Shown piece after piece: positions 26,306 through 35,790 of a DNA stretch of 64,000 nt (position 1 is its first letter; each line of letters starts with the position of its first letter). The notes beneath the pieces were generated by a model. It had not been told where the DNA came from. It did no database searches and saw nothing but the letters and a program-made list of their open reading frames with translations. A program made the position numbers and the translations under genes. This stretch comes from Eledone cirrhosa (taxonomy: Eukaryota), in the NCBI GenBank assembly GCA_964016885.1, contig OZ024743.1, positions 337,590,001 to 337,654,000 of the forward strand, in the 5' to 3' direction.

Positions 26306-29300
26306 ATGGATGTGTTAAGAGTAGGATGTTTGAATGCACGTGGCCTGGGCTCAACTTGGAAGCAAGCAAAGCTTCTAAATGACCTCAGGTCATGTAGTAT
26401 AAATGTAATGGTTATCTGTGAGACTCGAATCAGCGTCGTGCGGCAGCTGGCCCCCACCTTCGATGACTTTGAGGTGCATGCATCTCTCTGTCAACCTGGA
26501 GGTGGGGGTGGGGTTGTCGTACTGCTGCAAAAACACCTGGGTCTTGCCGTACAGGTTGTGCACTCGGACCCGGAGGGTCGTTTGTTGGTGCTAGACGTTG
26601 GCAGTAGTGAAAGTGCGGCCTTGAGACTGGTCGCCGTCTACTCCCCTTTCGGAGCTGAACGGCCCGACTTCTTCCAGCGTTTGGAGACTTTTCTGGGAAC
26701 GTCGCGTTCCCTGCTTCTAGCGGGGGATTGGAATGACATCCTGGATGCACGTTGGGACTATGCAGGAGCATGTCCTAATAGAGGGGGGTGTAACAGCCTC
26801 AAGGGGTTACTCGACCGTTTTAACTTGGTCGATAGATATCGACTAGATTTTCCAACTGTGCCTACCTGGACTTGGAGAAACCACAGTGGTCAATCTAGAT
26901 CGTACTTAGATAGATTCTTAGTTAGAAGTAAGGATAGGGACATATTAAGCTGTCCAGAAATGCGCACGGTTGGCTACACGGATCACAAATTAGTGACCTG
27001 CGTGGTCAATCTCGAGAAAACACATAGACAGGGTCACGGTTACTGGAAACTTAATTTGTCTTTACCGGCAAAAGAGACTTACAGAAACCGGATTAGCAGA
27101 TTAGTTAAGGAGAGGTTGACGGGTGCAATCGTCAACAACCGATGGTGGGCATCTCTCAAAAGAGAGATTAGAACAGAATCAATAAGTTATAGCAAGATGT
27201 TAGCTGCCGATAGGAATAGAAACGAGAAAGAATTAACAGGTAAATTAGAAGAGGCAATCAAGAGCGAAGATGTGGCCAGAGTGCTGGCATCGAGGACGGC
27301 CTTGAACCAGTTTTTCGATGCAAAGCACGAAGGCTGCGCCATTCGAAGTAAAATACGTGCTCTAGGTAATGAGGAGGCCAAAGCCGTTGCATGGGCCCGC
27401 GTGACAGAAGCTAAGAGTGGAAATCGATCCACCATCCGGTCGTTGCAAGACGAAGATGGACGAGTGATCCGGGAGCCTAAGCAGATGTGCGAGGCCTTTC
27501 AAAAGCACTTTGCCCGATTGTTCGGGGGAGGCGAGGGTCCGGGCCGGGGCGTGGATTTCGGTCCATACCTCGACGGCCTGCCGCGTCTCTCGAACGAAGA
27601 GGCAGAGTCCTGCGAGGGACCAATCTCGGCTGATGAGATCGGAGATGCGCTGAGCCAATGCAGCAGACGCAAATCTCCAGGTCTCGATGGTATACCTTAC
27701 GAACTTTATTTAGCAATGCCGGTCTTCTTCTCCGAACTCCTCGAAGCGGTCTACTGCAATTGGCAGCAGAACGGGAGAATTCCTTGTTCTGTAGCCAAGG
27801 GCGTAGTCACGCTGGTCAGGAAGGACGAGAACAAGGGGGATAGTATAAATAATTTTCGGCCCATAACCCTGCTAAACACAGAGTTAAAGATTTTGGCCAA
27901 GGTGTTAGCAAATAGGTTGGCGCTTGTCGTGGGTGGCCTGGTGGGAGATGCGCAGACATGTGCTATCCCATCCAGGTCCATTCACGATAACCTCCACCTC
28001 ATGCGATACATCATAGAGAGGGTTGGCAACAAACCCGGCTTCGGTGGGGCCCTGATCAACTTGGATCAGTCTAAGGCCTTCGATAGGGTCGACCATGGTT
28101 ACCTGGATGCGGTGCTAGCGGCGGCTGGGTTCGGTCCTGTTTTCAGAGGCTGGATCACTGCCCTACATAGCAACCACATCTGTTCTAGGATCAAGGTGAA
28201 CGGCTACCTTTCGAAGCCGTTCGAAATCACACGATCCATTCGACAGGGGTGCCCTCTCTCCTCCCTTCTGTACGTATTGACTCTCGAGCCTTTACTGAGG
28301 AAGTTGGAGTTGTTGCAGGGTATCCCCCTGGAACCAGGATTGAGCAAAGCGGTGTCGGCCTACGCCGATGACGTAACAGTAATGGTATCAACCGACTCGG
28401 AGATCGAGGCGATCGGTACCTTACTGGAGAAGTACGAAAGGTTGTCAGGAGCGAAACTGAACCGGGAAAAATCCATCGGGCTGCAACTCGGAACGTGGAG
28501 AGGCAAACCGATGCCTCCTGACGGTGTCGTCGGACACTGGACGGAGGGCCCGGTAAAGTTGCTTGGGGTCTGGTTTGGACCGGACCTCCAGGTGGAAAAG
28601 AACTGGAACGAGGTTACGAACAAGGTGTTTGCACTAACCCAGAAATGGGCCAAGTGTAAGCTGTCCCTAAAAGGCCGGGCGGAGGTGGCGAACATAGCGT
28701 CCGTCACTTACTACCGCCTGACTGTCGTGCCTTGCCCTAAGGAAACACTCACCACCATGGAACGCATGCTCTTCCAATTTCTTTGGAAGAAGCGTCCTCC
28801 TATGGTGAGAAGATCCATCTGCTGCCAACAACCTTCGAAAGGAGGGCTGGGGATGCCGTGGTTGATGATGCGTAGGCACGCATTAAGGCTACGGCACCTA
28901 CAGGTATTCCTCACTGGTCAACCGGTGTGGGCTCCGTTCGTGAAACGAGCCTTTCCGAGACTCGTCTCGCTCACCGAGCTACAGTCCTGGGTCAAGCAAA
29001 GATCCGGAAAACTGGGAGACTGGCACACTGAGTGTGCTCAGGCGCTCAGGGCTCTCTGGCAAGCGGGCCAGGCCATCGGTGGAGAATCCACCTCATCATT
29101 CTATAGAGGGCTGGTGGCTAGCAGGGGCGATGACACCCTTGGAGAGTCGCTGGACATGGAAGAAGACGAACTGGCCAGCCTGTTCGGTAGGACTTTCGGC
29201 CCAGGACCAATGGACAACTTCCAGAAGTCACTGGCCTGGCAGTGCTACCGGGGGGCTCTACCCGTTCGAGAGAGGCTCTACAGACACGGGCGCCCGGGCA

Positions 29301-29737
29301 GGGATCCCTCAAAAAAGATTTGCCCTAGATGCGTGCGTCACGAAGAAACCGTTGCGCACGCATTGGTGCAATGTCCGGGCGTGGCTGATCTGTGGGGCTA
29401 CGCCGAACAACTGCTGTCGCGGGTGGCGCCGATTAAATTGACCGCCGAGTCTGTGATGACAATCAAACCGCCTCCCCTCTTCACAAAGGAAGCAAAGGCG
29501 GTTTTTCTGTGCGTAATAGCCATGTTGAAAGAGGTTGTTTGGTGGACACGATTGAAAGGTCTGAGGTCAGGCAACTTCCTCTCTGGCCATAGTCTGGTCT
29601 ACTTCTTCCGATATCACTTCGGAAGAAGGATAAGAATGGAGAGAGAGGTGCTTGGCCACAGGCAGTTTTATGAAAGGTGGGTGATAGTGGCGAGAATGGC
29701 TCGTGTAAATGGGCCTTCTCTGTATACCATCCTGTAG
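26306..29737 (+). CDS. Tx1-like ORF2p: APE endonuclease + reverse transcriptase + CCHC
   Basis: LNARGL, GDWN, YLDRF, TDH; SPGLDG, FRPITLLN, DQSKAFD, RQGCPLS, YADD; CPRC-X8-H-X4-C. Confidence 0.95.
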   Translation: MDVLRVGCLNARGLGSTWKQAKLLNDLRSCSINVMVICETRISVVRQLAPTFDDFEVHASLCQPGGGGGVVVLLQKHLGLAVQVVHSDPEGRLLVLDVGSSESAALRLVAVYSPFGAERPDFFQRLETFLGTSRSLLLAGDWNDILDARWDYAGACPNRGGCNSLKGLLDRFNLVDRYRLDFPTVPTWTWRNHSGQSRSYLDRFLVRSKDRDILSCPEMRTVGYTDHKLVTCVVNLEKTHRQGHGYWKLNLSLPAKETYRNRISRLVKERLTGAIVNNRWWASLKREIRTESISYSKMLAADRNRNEKELTGKLEEAIKSEDVARVLASRTALNQFFDAKHEGCAIRSKIRALGNEEAKAVAWARVTEAKSGNRSTIRSLQDEDGRVIREPKQMCEAFQKHFARLFGGGEGPGRGVDFGPYLDGLPRLSNEEAESCEGPISADEIGDALSQCSRRKSPGLDGIPYELYLAMPVFFSELLEAVYCNWQQNGRIPCSVAKGVVTLVRKDENKGDSINNFRPITLLNTELKILAKVLANRLALVVGGLVGDAQTCAIPSRSIHDNLHLMRYIIERVGNKPGFGGALINLDQSKAFDRVDHGYLDAVLAAAGFGPVFRGWITALHSNHICSRIKVNGYLSKPFEITRSIRQGCPLSSLLYVLTLEPLLRKLELLQGIPLEPGLSKAVSAYADDVTVMVSTDSEIEAIGTLLEKYERLSGAKLNREKSIGLQLGTWRGKPMPPDGVVGHWTEGPVKLLGVWFGPDLQVEKNWNEVTNKVFALTQKWAKCKLSLKGRAEVANIASVTYYRLTVVPCPKETLTTMERMLFQFLWKKRPPMVRRSICCQQPSKGGLGMPWLMMRRHALRLRHLQVFLTGQPVWAPFVKRAFPRLVSLTELQSWVKQRSGKLGDWHTECAQALRALWQAGQAIGGESTSSFYRGLVASRGDDTLGESLDMEEDELASLFGRTFGPGPMDNFQKSLAWQCYRGALPVRERLYRHGRPGRDPSKKICPRCVRHEETVAHALVQCPGVADLWGYAEQLLSRVAPIKLTAESVMTIKPPPLFTKEAKAVFLCVIAMLKEVVWWTRLKGLRSGNFLSGHSLVYFFRYHFGRRIRMEREVLGHRQFYERWVIVARMARVNGPSLYTIL

Positions 29738-29982
29738 GTAAAGAAGTAAAGGAGAGGGGAGCACCTTCTCCATGTGCTCCCCGGGCAAAGGATTGCACAC
29801 TTTTTCGGGGGTGTGTGCAACCCCCATCACGTCCCCTCCCTTTTGAGGTTATTTTCGATTATTTTCATGTTACACCCTTTTTACTCGATTATATGTAAAC
29901 TCCCCCTTTGTATTTGTCCCTTCTTTTTATGCCTTTATGGTAAATAAAGAAATCTATATATTTATCTAACTGTCTGTCTGTG

Positions 29983-30022
<40 letters not shown>

Positions 30023-30223
30023 GATAGAGTAAGACACGCTTCGCATCGGCTCCGCTATTCCATCGGGATTTACCCTTACTATTGTAAGTACCGGATAAAT
30101 TTTTTAGTGCAACACATTTGGAACACTAACCCCTGTTATTTAGGGAAACATTTTTGCATTTACCCCCTTTTTAGGGGGTAAAATAAATATCTATTTTTGC
30201 CGAAAAATTTCTTTCTTGGCAGC

Positions 30224-32056
30224 ATGGCGGAAAAGATGGCAGACATGTCTGCCATTAGCTCTGCCACGCCCCCCAAGTCTGAAGAACAAAAAATAATTAC
30301 AACAAAATTAGACATTGAAACAAACAAAGAAAATGATAAAACAAATGTTAAGGAAAATGAGCAAACAGAAAACAAACAAACAGAAAATAATACAAATAAC
30401 GACAGGGCAACTTTCGCCCAGAAAACAAAACAATCCATTACATACACACCAATTGACCTAACTGCCGCCAGAGAAAAACTGGCCGAAGCAAAGAAACACA
30501 TTGTTTTGGGGGAGAACGGAATGTTTTCCATTAACTCCCCCCCAGAATTCAAGAAAGCCAGAGCAGAAAACACAGTTCTCTACAGAACTATACTCAACCA
30601 GACAAGAAAGCCAGCACAGCCCAGCCAAATGGAAATAGAGTTAGTCCTAAAAGACTATATGAAGAATATTCTCTTCATACGAAAGGACCGACTCTATGGC
30701 AGCATTTCGGTCCTAACAAGAGACAAAGAAACGGCGGAGAAGCTTTCCCTAAGCCCACTCTCATCGACAACATATAGCTTCTATCCCTCCTACATGGGTA
30801 GAAGAACACAGAGAGTAAAAGTAAAAACAATGCTGCCCACAATGGACTTCTGGTGGGCTATTGCTGGCTTCATTGATATGGGCGAAGACACAATGCTGTC
30901 AATGGGGAAGGCAACTGGAGATGCGTTCCTGGGAATGGGCCTCGACATACTAGTCCAAATGAGGCCCGAAAGAATAGCACAAATCCCGGATCGCATCTGG
31001 CTGGATGACCTTACCCCAATAGACATAATTGTAGAGGGGAGAAGACCAGCATGCTATTTATGCATGGAAAGGGGACACGTTAAGGCTAACTGCCCGAAAC
31101 GTATCCCCCAAAAAGGACTATTGCCCACACCCACCACAAACAGTACACCAACACCACCCACCTCCAAAAATACACTAATACCACACACAGCAAACAAAAT
31201 ACAGACACCACCAACCACAAACACAACACAAACATCACCACCACCAGCACCAAACACAAGCACGACACAAAAATCACCACCACCAACCACAACACAAACA
31301 TCACCACCACCATCACCAACCACAAGCACGACACAAACATTACCACCACCACCACAAAACCCATTCCAAACAAATAATAAAAAAAACAGTAACAAATCTA
31401 CCCCTCCCGCAAAAAAAAACCAACCACACAACACGTCCCTCCCACCTAGCGCTGAAGAGTTTCCCCCAACTTCTGAAGAAGAAGGAGGAGAAGCCTTCAG
31501 ACAAGTTAAAAGAAAAAAAAGAAAACACACACCCAGCACACCACAAATAACCCACACACAAACACCAACTCCAATCAAAAACACCCCACCCTCAACAAAC
31601 AAAAATAAATCTGCGCCTCCCCTCTCCGAAACATTGACAGCATCACAAAAAAAGACGTTGCAATACACATATATAAATAAAGAAAACAAAAAACTGGTTA
31701 AATTAATAAACAATAACCCTATGGTGCAGACCGAAGGGCCAAACTTTATCTCAACAGAGAACTTCACCCATTTAAAAATGATAAAGGTCCCTTTGGACCT
31801 TTATCGTTCCTTAAAAGAACAATTTAGACGGGACGTGAGCCCCCCCTGTTTAAAACCGTTGAATCGCGTCCTCTTGAAAGATTTCCCCATAACCGCCCCT
31901 CTCCCTGACACAACTCCAAATACCCCAACCCCACCACACACGTGTACCCCCACACCACCACAAAACATCCCTCCACCCAACACACCTGATGCCATGGAAA
32001 TTACGCAACCCGGAGAGGTAAGTGCTTTTCTTTCTTCACTTTCAACACCAAAATAG
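30224..32056 (+). CDS. Tx1-like ORF1p
   Basis: AGCATGG start; CYLCMERGHVKANC knuckle; aligns with copy 1 ORF1 (FIRKDRLYGS, FYPSYMG, VQMRPERIAQIPDRI). Confidence 0.85.
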   Translation: MAEKMADMSAISSATPPKSEEQKIITTKLDIETNKENDKTNVKENEQTENKQTENNTNNDRATFAQKTKQSITYTPIDLTAAREKLAEAKKHIVLGENGMFSINSPPEFKKARAENTVLYRTILNQTRKPAQPSQMEIELVLKDYMKNILFIRKDRLYGSISVLTRDKETAEKLSLSPLSSTTYSFYPSYMGRRTQRVKVKTMLPTMDFWWAIAGFIDMGEDTMLSMGKATGDAFLGMGLDILVQMRPERIAQIPDRIWLDDLTPIDIIVEGRRPACYLCMERGHVKANCPKRIPQKGLLPTPTTNSTPTPPTSKNTLIPHTANKIQTPPTTNTTQTSPPPAPNTSTTQKSPPPTTTQTSPPPSPTTSTTQTLPPPPQNPFQTNNKKNSNKSTPPAKKNQPHNTSLPPSAEEFPPTSEEEGGEAFRQVKRKKRKHTPSTPQITHTQTPTPIKNTPPSTNKNKSAPPLSETLTASQKKTLQYTYINKENKKLVKLINNNPMVQTEGPNFISTENFTHLKMIKVPLDLYRSLKEQFRRDVSPPCLKPLNRVLLKDFPITAPLPDTTPNTPTPPHTCTPTPPQNIPPPNTPDAMEITQPGEVSAFLSSLSTPK

Positions 32057-35000
32057 ATCAATTGAGAGTTGGCTGTTTGAACGCGCGTGGCCTGGGCTCA
32101 GCTTGGAAGCAAGCAAAGCTTCTAAGTGACCTCAGGTCACAAAGTATAGATGTGATGGTTGTTTGCGAGAGTCGGATCAGCAGCGTGAGACAGCTGGCGC
32201 CCGCCTTCGATGACTTTGAGATGCACGCATCTCTCTGTCAACCCGGAGGCGGGGGGGGGGGAGTTGCCGTACTGCTGGATAAACGTCTGACTCTCGACGT
32301 ACAGATTGTTCACTCGGACCCGGGGGGTCGATTACTGGTGCTGGACGTCGGAGGCGGTGAAGGCGGGGCTTTCAGACTGGTCGGTCTTTATGCTCCCTTC
32401 GGGGCGGAAAGAGCCGACTTCTTCCAGCGTCTGGAGACTTTTCTAGGAATGTCGCGTTCCCTGCTTTTAGTGGGGGACTGGAATGGAATCCTAGATGCGC
32501 GTTGGGACTATGCAGGGGCATGTCCCGATAGAGGGGGGTGTAGCAGCCTCAAGGGGTTACTCGATCGATTCGACCTGGTCGATAGATTTCGACTAGATTG
32601 TCCAACTGCGCCAACCTGGACCTGGGCAAACCACAGTGGACAATCTAGATCGTACCTAGATAGGTTTTTGGTTAGGAGTAAGGATAGGGACGTATTTAGT
32701 TGTCCAGAACTGATCATGGTTGGCTATTCAGATCACAAATTAGTGACCTGCGTGGTCAACCTTGATAGAACGCATAGACAGGGTCCCGGTTACTGGAAGA
32801 TGAACTTGTCCTTACCGACAAAGAAAGATTACAGAAACCGGATTAGTAGCTTAGTTAAGATGCGGTTGACGGGAGCGATCGTCAACAGTAGGTGGTGGGT
32901 ATCTCTAAAGAGAGAGATTAGAGTAAGTTCGATAGGTTACAGTAAGGAACTAGCGGCGAATAGAAATAGGAAGGAAAGGGAGTTAACAGATAAACTAGAA
33001 GAGGCGATTAGGAGCGGAGACGTAGCCAGAGTGTTAGCGACGAGAACGGCATTGAGCCAGTTCTTTGACGCGAAGCACGAAGGCTGCGTTGTCCGAAGTA
33101 AAATACGTGCTTTAGGAAACGAGGGGACCAAAGCTGTTAGCTGGGCCCGCGTGACAGAAGCCAAGAGTGGGATTAAATCCACCATTCGGTCTTTGCGAGA
33201 CCAGGATGGACGGGTGATCCTTGAACCTGAGCGAATGTGCGAGACCTTTCAAAGGCACTTTGCTCGACTGTTCGGAGGTGGCGGGGGGCCGGACGGGGAT
33301 GTGGACTTCGGTCCATACCTCGACGGTCTACCGCGTCTTTCGAGCGGCGAAGCGGAGTGCTGCGAAAGGCCAATCACAGCCACTGAAATCGGGGAAGCGC
33401 TCAGCCAATGCAGCAGACGCAAATCCCCGGGTCTCGATGGTCTACCATACGAACTTTATTTAGCTATGCCGGTCTTGTTCTCCGAACTCCTCGAGGCTGT
33501 CTATTGCAACTGGCAACAGAACGGTAGAATTCCCTGTTCTGTGACCAAGGGCGTGGTCACGCTAGTGAGGAAGGACGAGAGCAAGGGGGACGACTTAAGT
33601 AACTTTAGGCCCATAACTCTGCTGAATGCAGAGTTACAGATTTTGGCCAAGGTGTTGGCGAAGAGGTTGGCGCTTGTGGTGGGTGGTTTGGTGGGAGACG
33701 CGCAGACATGCGCTATCCCGTCCCGGTCCATTCACGACAACCTCCACCTCATGCGATACATCATAGAGAGGGTTGGCTACGAACCCGGCTTTGGTGGGGC
33801 CCTGATCAACTTGGATCAATCTAAGGCGTTCGATAGGGTCGACCATGGTTACCTGGATGCGGTGCTAGCGGCGGCGGGCTTCGGACCCGTTTTCAGGGGC
33901 TGGATTTCTGCCATGCACAGTGGCAACATCTACTCTAGGATTAAAGTAAACGGCTACCTCTCGGAGCCGTTTCAAATCACCCGATCCATCAGACAGGGGT
34001 GCCCCCTCTCCTCCCTTCTGTACGTATTGACTCTCGAGCCACTGCTGCGGAAGTTGGAGTTGCTGCGGGGCATACCCCTGGAACCGGGATTGCACAAAGC
34101 GGTCTCGGCCTATGCCGACGACGTAACAGTAATGGTGGCGGACGCCTCGGAAATCGGGGCGATCGCCACCCTACTGGAGGAATACGAAAGGCTGACGGGG
34201 GCTAAGCTGAACCAGGACAAGTCAGTCGGTTTGCAACTCGGAACGTGGAGGGGCAAACCGATGCCGTTAGACGGTGTCGTCGGGCGGTGGACGGAGGGCC
34301 CGGTGAAGCTGCTCGGGGTCTGGTTCGGACCGGACCTCCAGGTGGAGAAGAATTGGGGCGAGGTGACGAGCAGGGTGTTTGCGCTGACCCAGAAGTGGGC
34401 CAAGTGCAAACTATCACTGAAAGGTCGGGCGGAGGTGACGAACGCTTACATAGCGTCCGTCATCTACTACCGCCTGACCGTCGTGCCTTGCCCCAAGGAA
34501 AATCTCACCATCATGGAACGCATGCTCTTCCAGTTCCTCTGGAAGAAGCGGCCTCCCATGGTGAGGAGATCCATCTGCTGCCAGCACCCTTCGAAAGGAG
34601 GGCTGGGTATGCCGTGGCTGTTGATGCATAGGCACGCATTGAGGCTACGGCATCTACAGGTATTCCTCAACGGTCAGCCGGTGTGGGCCCCGTTTGTGAG
34701 GCGAGCCTTCCCACAGCTCGTCTCGCTCACCGAACTGCAATCCTGGGTGAAGCAAAGACCGAGAAAACTGGGCAACTGGCACACCGAGTGTGCCCAGGCG
34801 CTCACGGCTATCTGGCAAGCGGACCCGACTGTCAGTGGAGAATCCACCTCGACATTCTATAGAGGGTTGGTGGCTAGCAGGGGCGACGACACCCTTGGAG
34901 AGTCGCTAGGCATGGAGGAGGACGAACTGGCCAGCCTGTTCGGTAGAACTTTCGGCCCGGGACCCATGGACAACTTCCAGAGGTCCCTAGCCTGGCAGTG

Positions 35001-35493
35001 TTACCGGGGGGCTCTGCCCGTTCGAGAAAAGCTCTACAGACACGGGCGCCCGGGCAGGGATCCCGCGAAAAAGATCTGTCCCAGATGCGTGCGCGACGAG
35101 GAAACCGTTGCGCATGCACTGGTACACTGCCCGGGCGTTGCCGATCTGTGGGGCTACGTCGAACGACTGCTGTCGCGTGTGGTGCCGATTCGATTAACCG
35201 CCGAGTCTGTGGTGAACATCAAGCCGCCTCCTCCCTTCAGAAATGAAGCAGAGGCGGTCTTTCTGTGCGTAATAGCCATGATGAAAGAGGTTGTGTGGTG
35301 GACGCGCCTGAAAGGTCTGAGGTCGGGTGACTTTCTCTCCGGCCATCACCTGGTTTACTTCTTCCGATACCACTTCGGAAGAAGAATCAGGATGGAGAGA
35401 GAAGTGCTTGGTCCCAGACAGTTTTATGAAAGGTGGGTGAAAGAAGCGAGAATGGCCCGTGTAAATGGGCCTTCTCTCTACATTGTTCTGTAG
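32053..35493 (+). CDS. Tx1-like ORF2p (APE + RT + CCHC), open frame lacking the ATG
   Basis: Same motifs as copy 1 (SDH, YADD). The codon homologous to copy 1's ATG is ATA (32053-32055). Confidence 0.9.
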   Translation: MDQLRVGCLNARGLGSAWKQAKLLSDLRSQSIDVMVVCESRISSVRQLAPAFDDFEMHASLCQPGGGGGGVAVLLDKRLTLDVQIVHSDPGGRLLVLDVGGGEGGAFRLVGLYAPFGAERADFFQRLETFLGMSRSLLLVGDWNGILDARWDYAGACPDRGGCSSLKGLLDRFDLVDRFRLDCPTAPTWTWANHSGQSRSYLDRFLVRSKDRDVFSCPELIMVGYSDHKLVTCVVNLDRTHRQGPGYWKMNLSLPTKKDYRNRISSLVKMRLTGAIVNSRWWVSLKREIRVSSIGYSKELAANRNRKERELTDKLEEAIRSGDVARVLATRTALSQFFDAKHEGCVVRSKIRALGNEGTKAVSWARVTEAKSGIKSTIRSLRDQDGRVILEPERMCETFQRHFARLFGGGGGPDGDVDFGPYLDGLPRLSSGEAECCERPITATEIGEALSQCSRRKSPGLDGLPYELYLAMPVLFSELLEAVYCNWQQNGRIPCSVTKGVVTLVRKDESKGDDLSNFRPITLLNAELQILAKVLAKRLALVVGGLVGDAQTCAIPSRSIHDNLHLMRYIIERVGYEPGFGGALINLDQSKAFDRVDHGYLDAVLAAAGFGPVFRGWISAMHSGNIYSRIKVNGYLSEPFQITRSIRQGCPLSSLLYVLTLEPLLRKLELLRGIPLEPGLHKAVSAYADDVTVMVADASEIGAIATLLEEYERLTGAKLNQDKSVGLQLGTWRGKPMPLDGVVGRWTEGPVKLLGVWFGPDLQVEKNWGEVTSRVFALTQKWAKCKLSLKGRAEVTNAYIASVIYYRLTVVPCPKENLTIMERMLFQFLWKKRPPMVRRSICCQHPSKGGLGMPWLLMHRHALRLRHLQVFLNGQPVWAPFVRRAFPQLVSLTELQSWVKQRPRKLGNWHTECAQALTAIWQADPTVSGESTSTFYRGLVASRGDDTLGESLGMEEDELASLFGRTFGPGPMDNFQRSLAWQCYRGALPVREKLYRHGRPGRDPAKKICPRCVRDEETVAHALVHCPGVADLWGYVERLLSRVVPIRLTAESVVNIKPPPPFRNEAEAVFLCVIAMMKEVVWWTRLKGLRSGDFLSGHHLVYFFRYHFGRRIRMEREVLGPRQFYERWVKEARMARVNGPSLYIVL

Positions 35494-35724
35494 GTGAAGA
35501 AGTGAAGAGGAAAGGGGGAGCGCCTCCTCTCTGGGCTTCCCCCGCGAAAAGAGTTGCACACTTTTCGGGGGTATGTGCAATCCCCAACACGCCCCCTCCC
35601 TTTTGATGACTTTTTATTGTTATATTATTATTGTTATTCCTTTTTTCTTTACTCGATTTATGTAAACTCCCCCACTGTGTAAATGTCCCCTTCTTTTGTG
35701 CCCTCGTGGCAAATAAATAGAAAT

Positions 35725-35786
<62 letters not shown>

Positions 35787-35790
35787 GCCT

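Larger units (their letters stand above)
24151..29951 (+). mobile_element. Full-length L1/Tx1-group LINE, copy 1, with 24-bp TSD
   Basis: ATCTATATATTTATCTAACTGTCT at 24127-24150 and 29952-29975. Two intact ORFs. AATAAA at the 3' end, no poly(A). Confidence 0.95.
30022..35722 (+). mobile_element. Full-length L1/Tx1-group LINE, copy 2 (different subfamily)
   Basis: Bounded by (TATC)n on both sides. ORF2 is closely similar to copy 1; the 5'UTR and ORF1 are much more diverged. Confidence 0.93.

Noticed and set aside
25120-31767. Long antisense ORFs over ORF1 (251 and 237 aa)
   Set aside because: By-product of A/C-rich low-complexity coding sequence.
32018-32056. 39-nt GTAAGT...TAG mini-intron fusing ORF1 to ORF2
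   Set aside because: Very short, keeps the ORF1 frame and hits TGA immediately; no fusion results.
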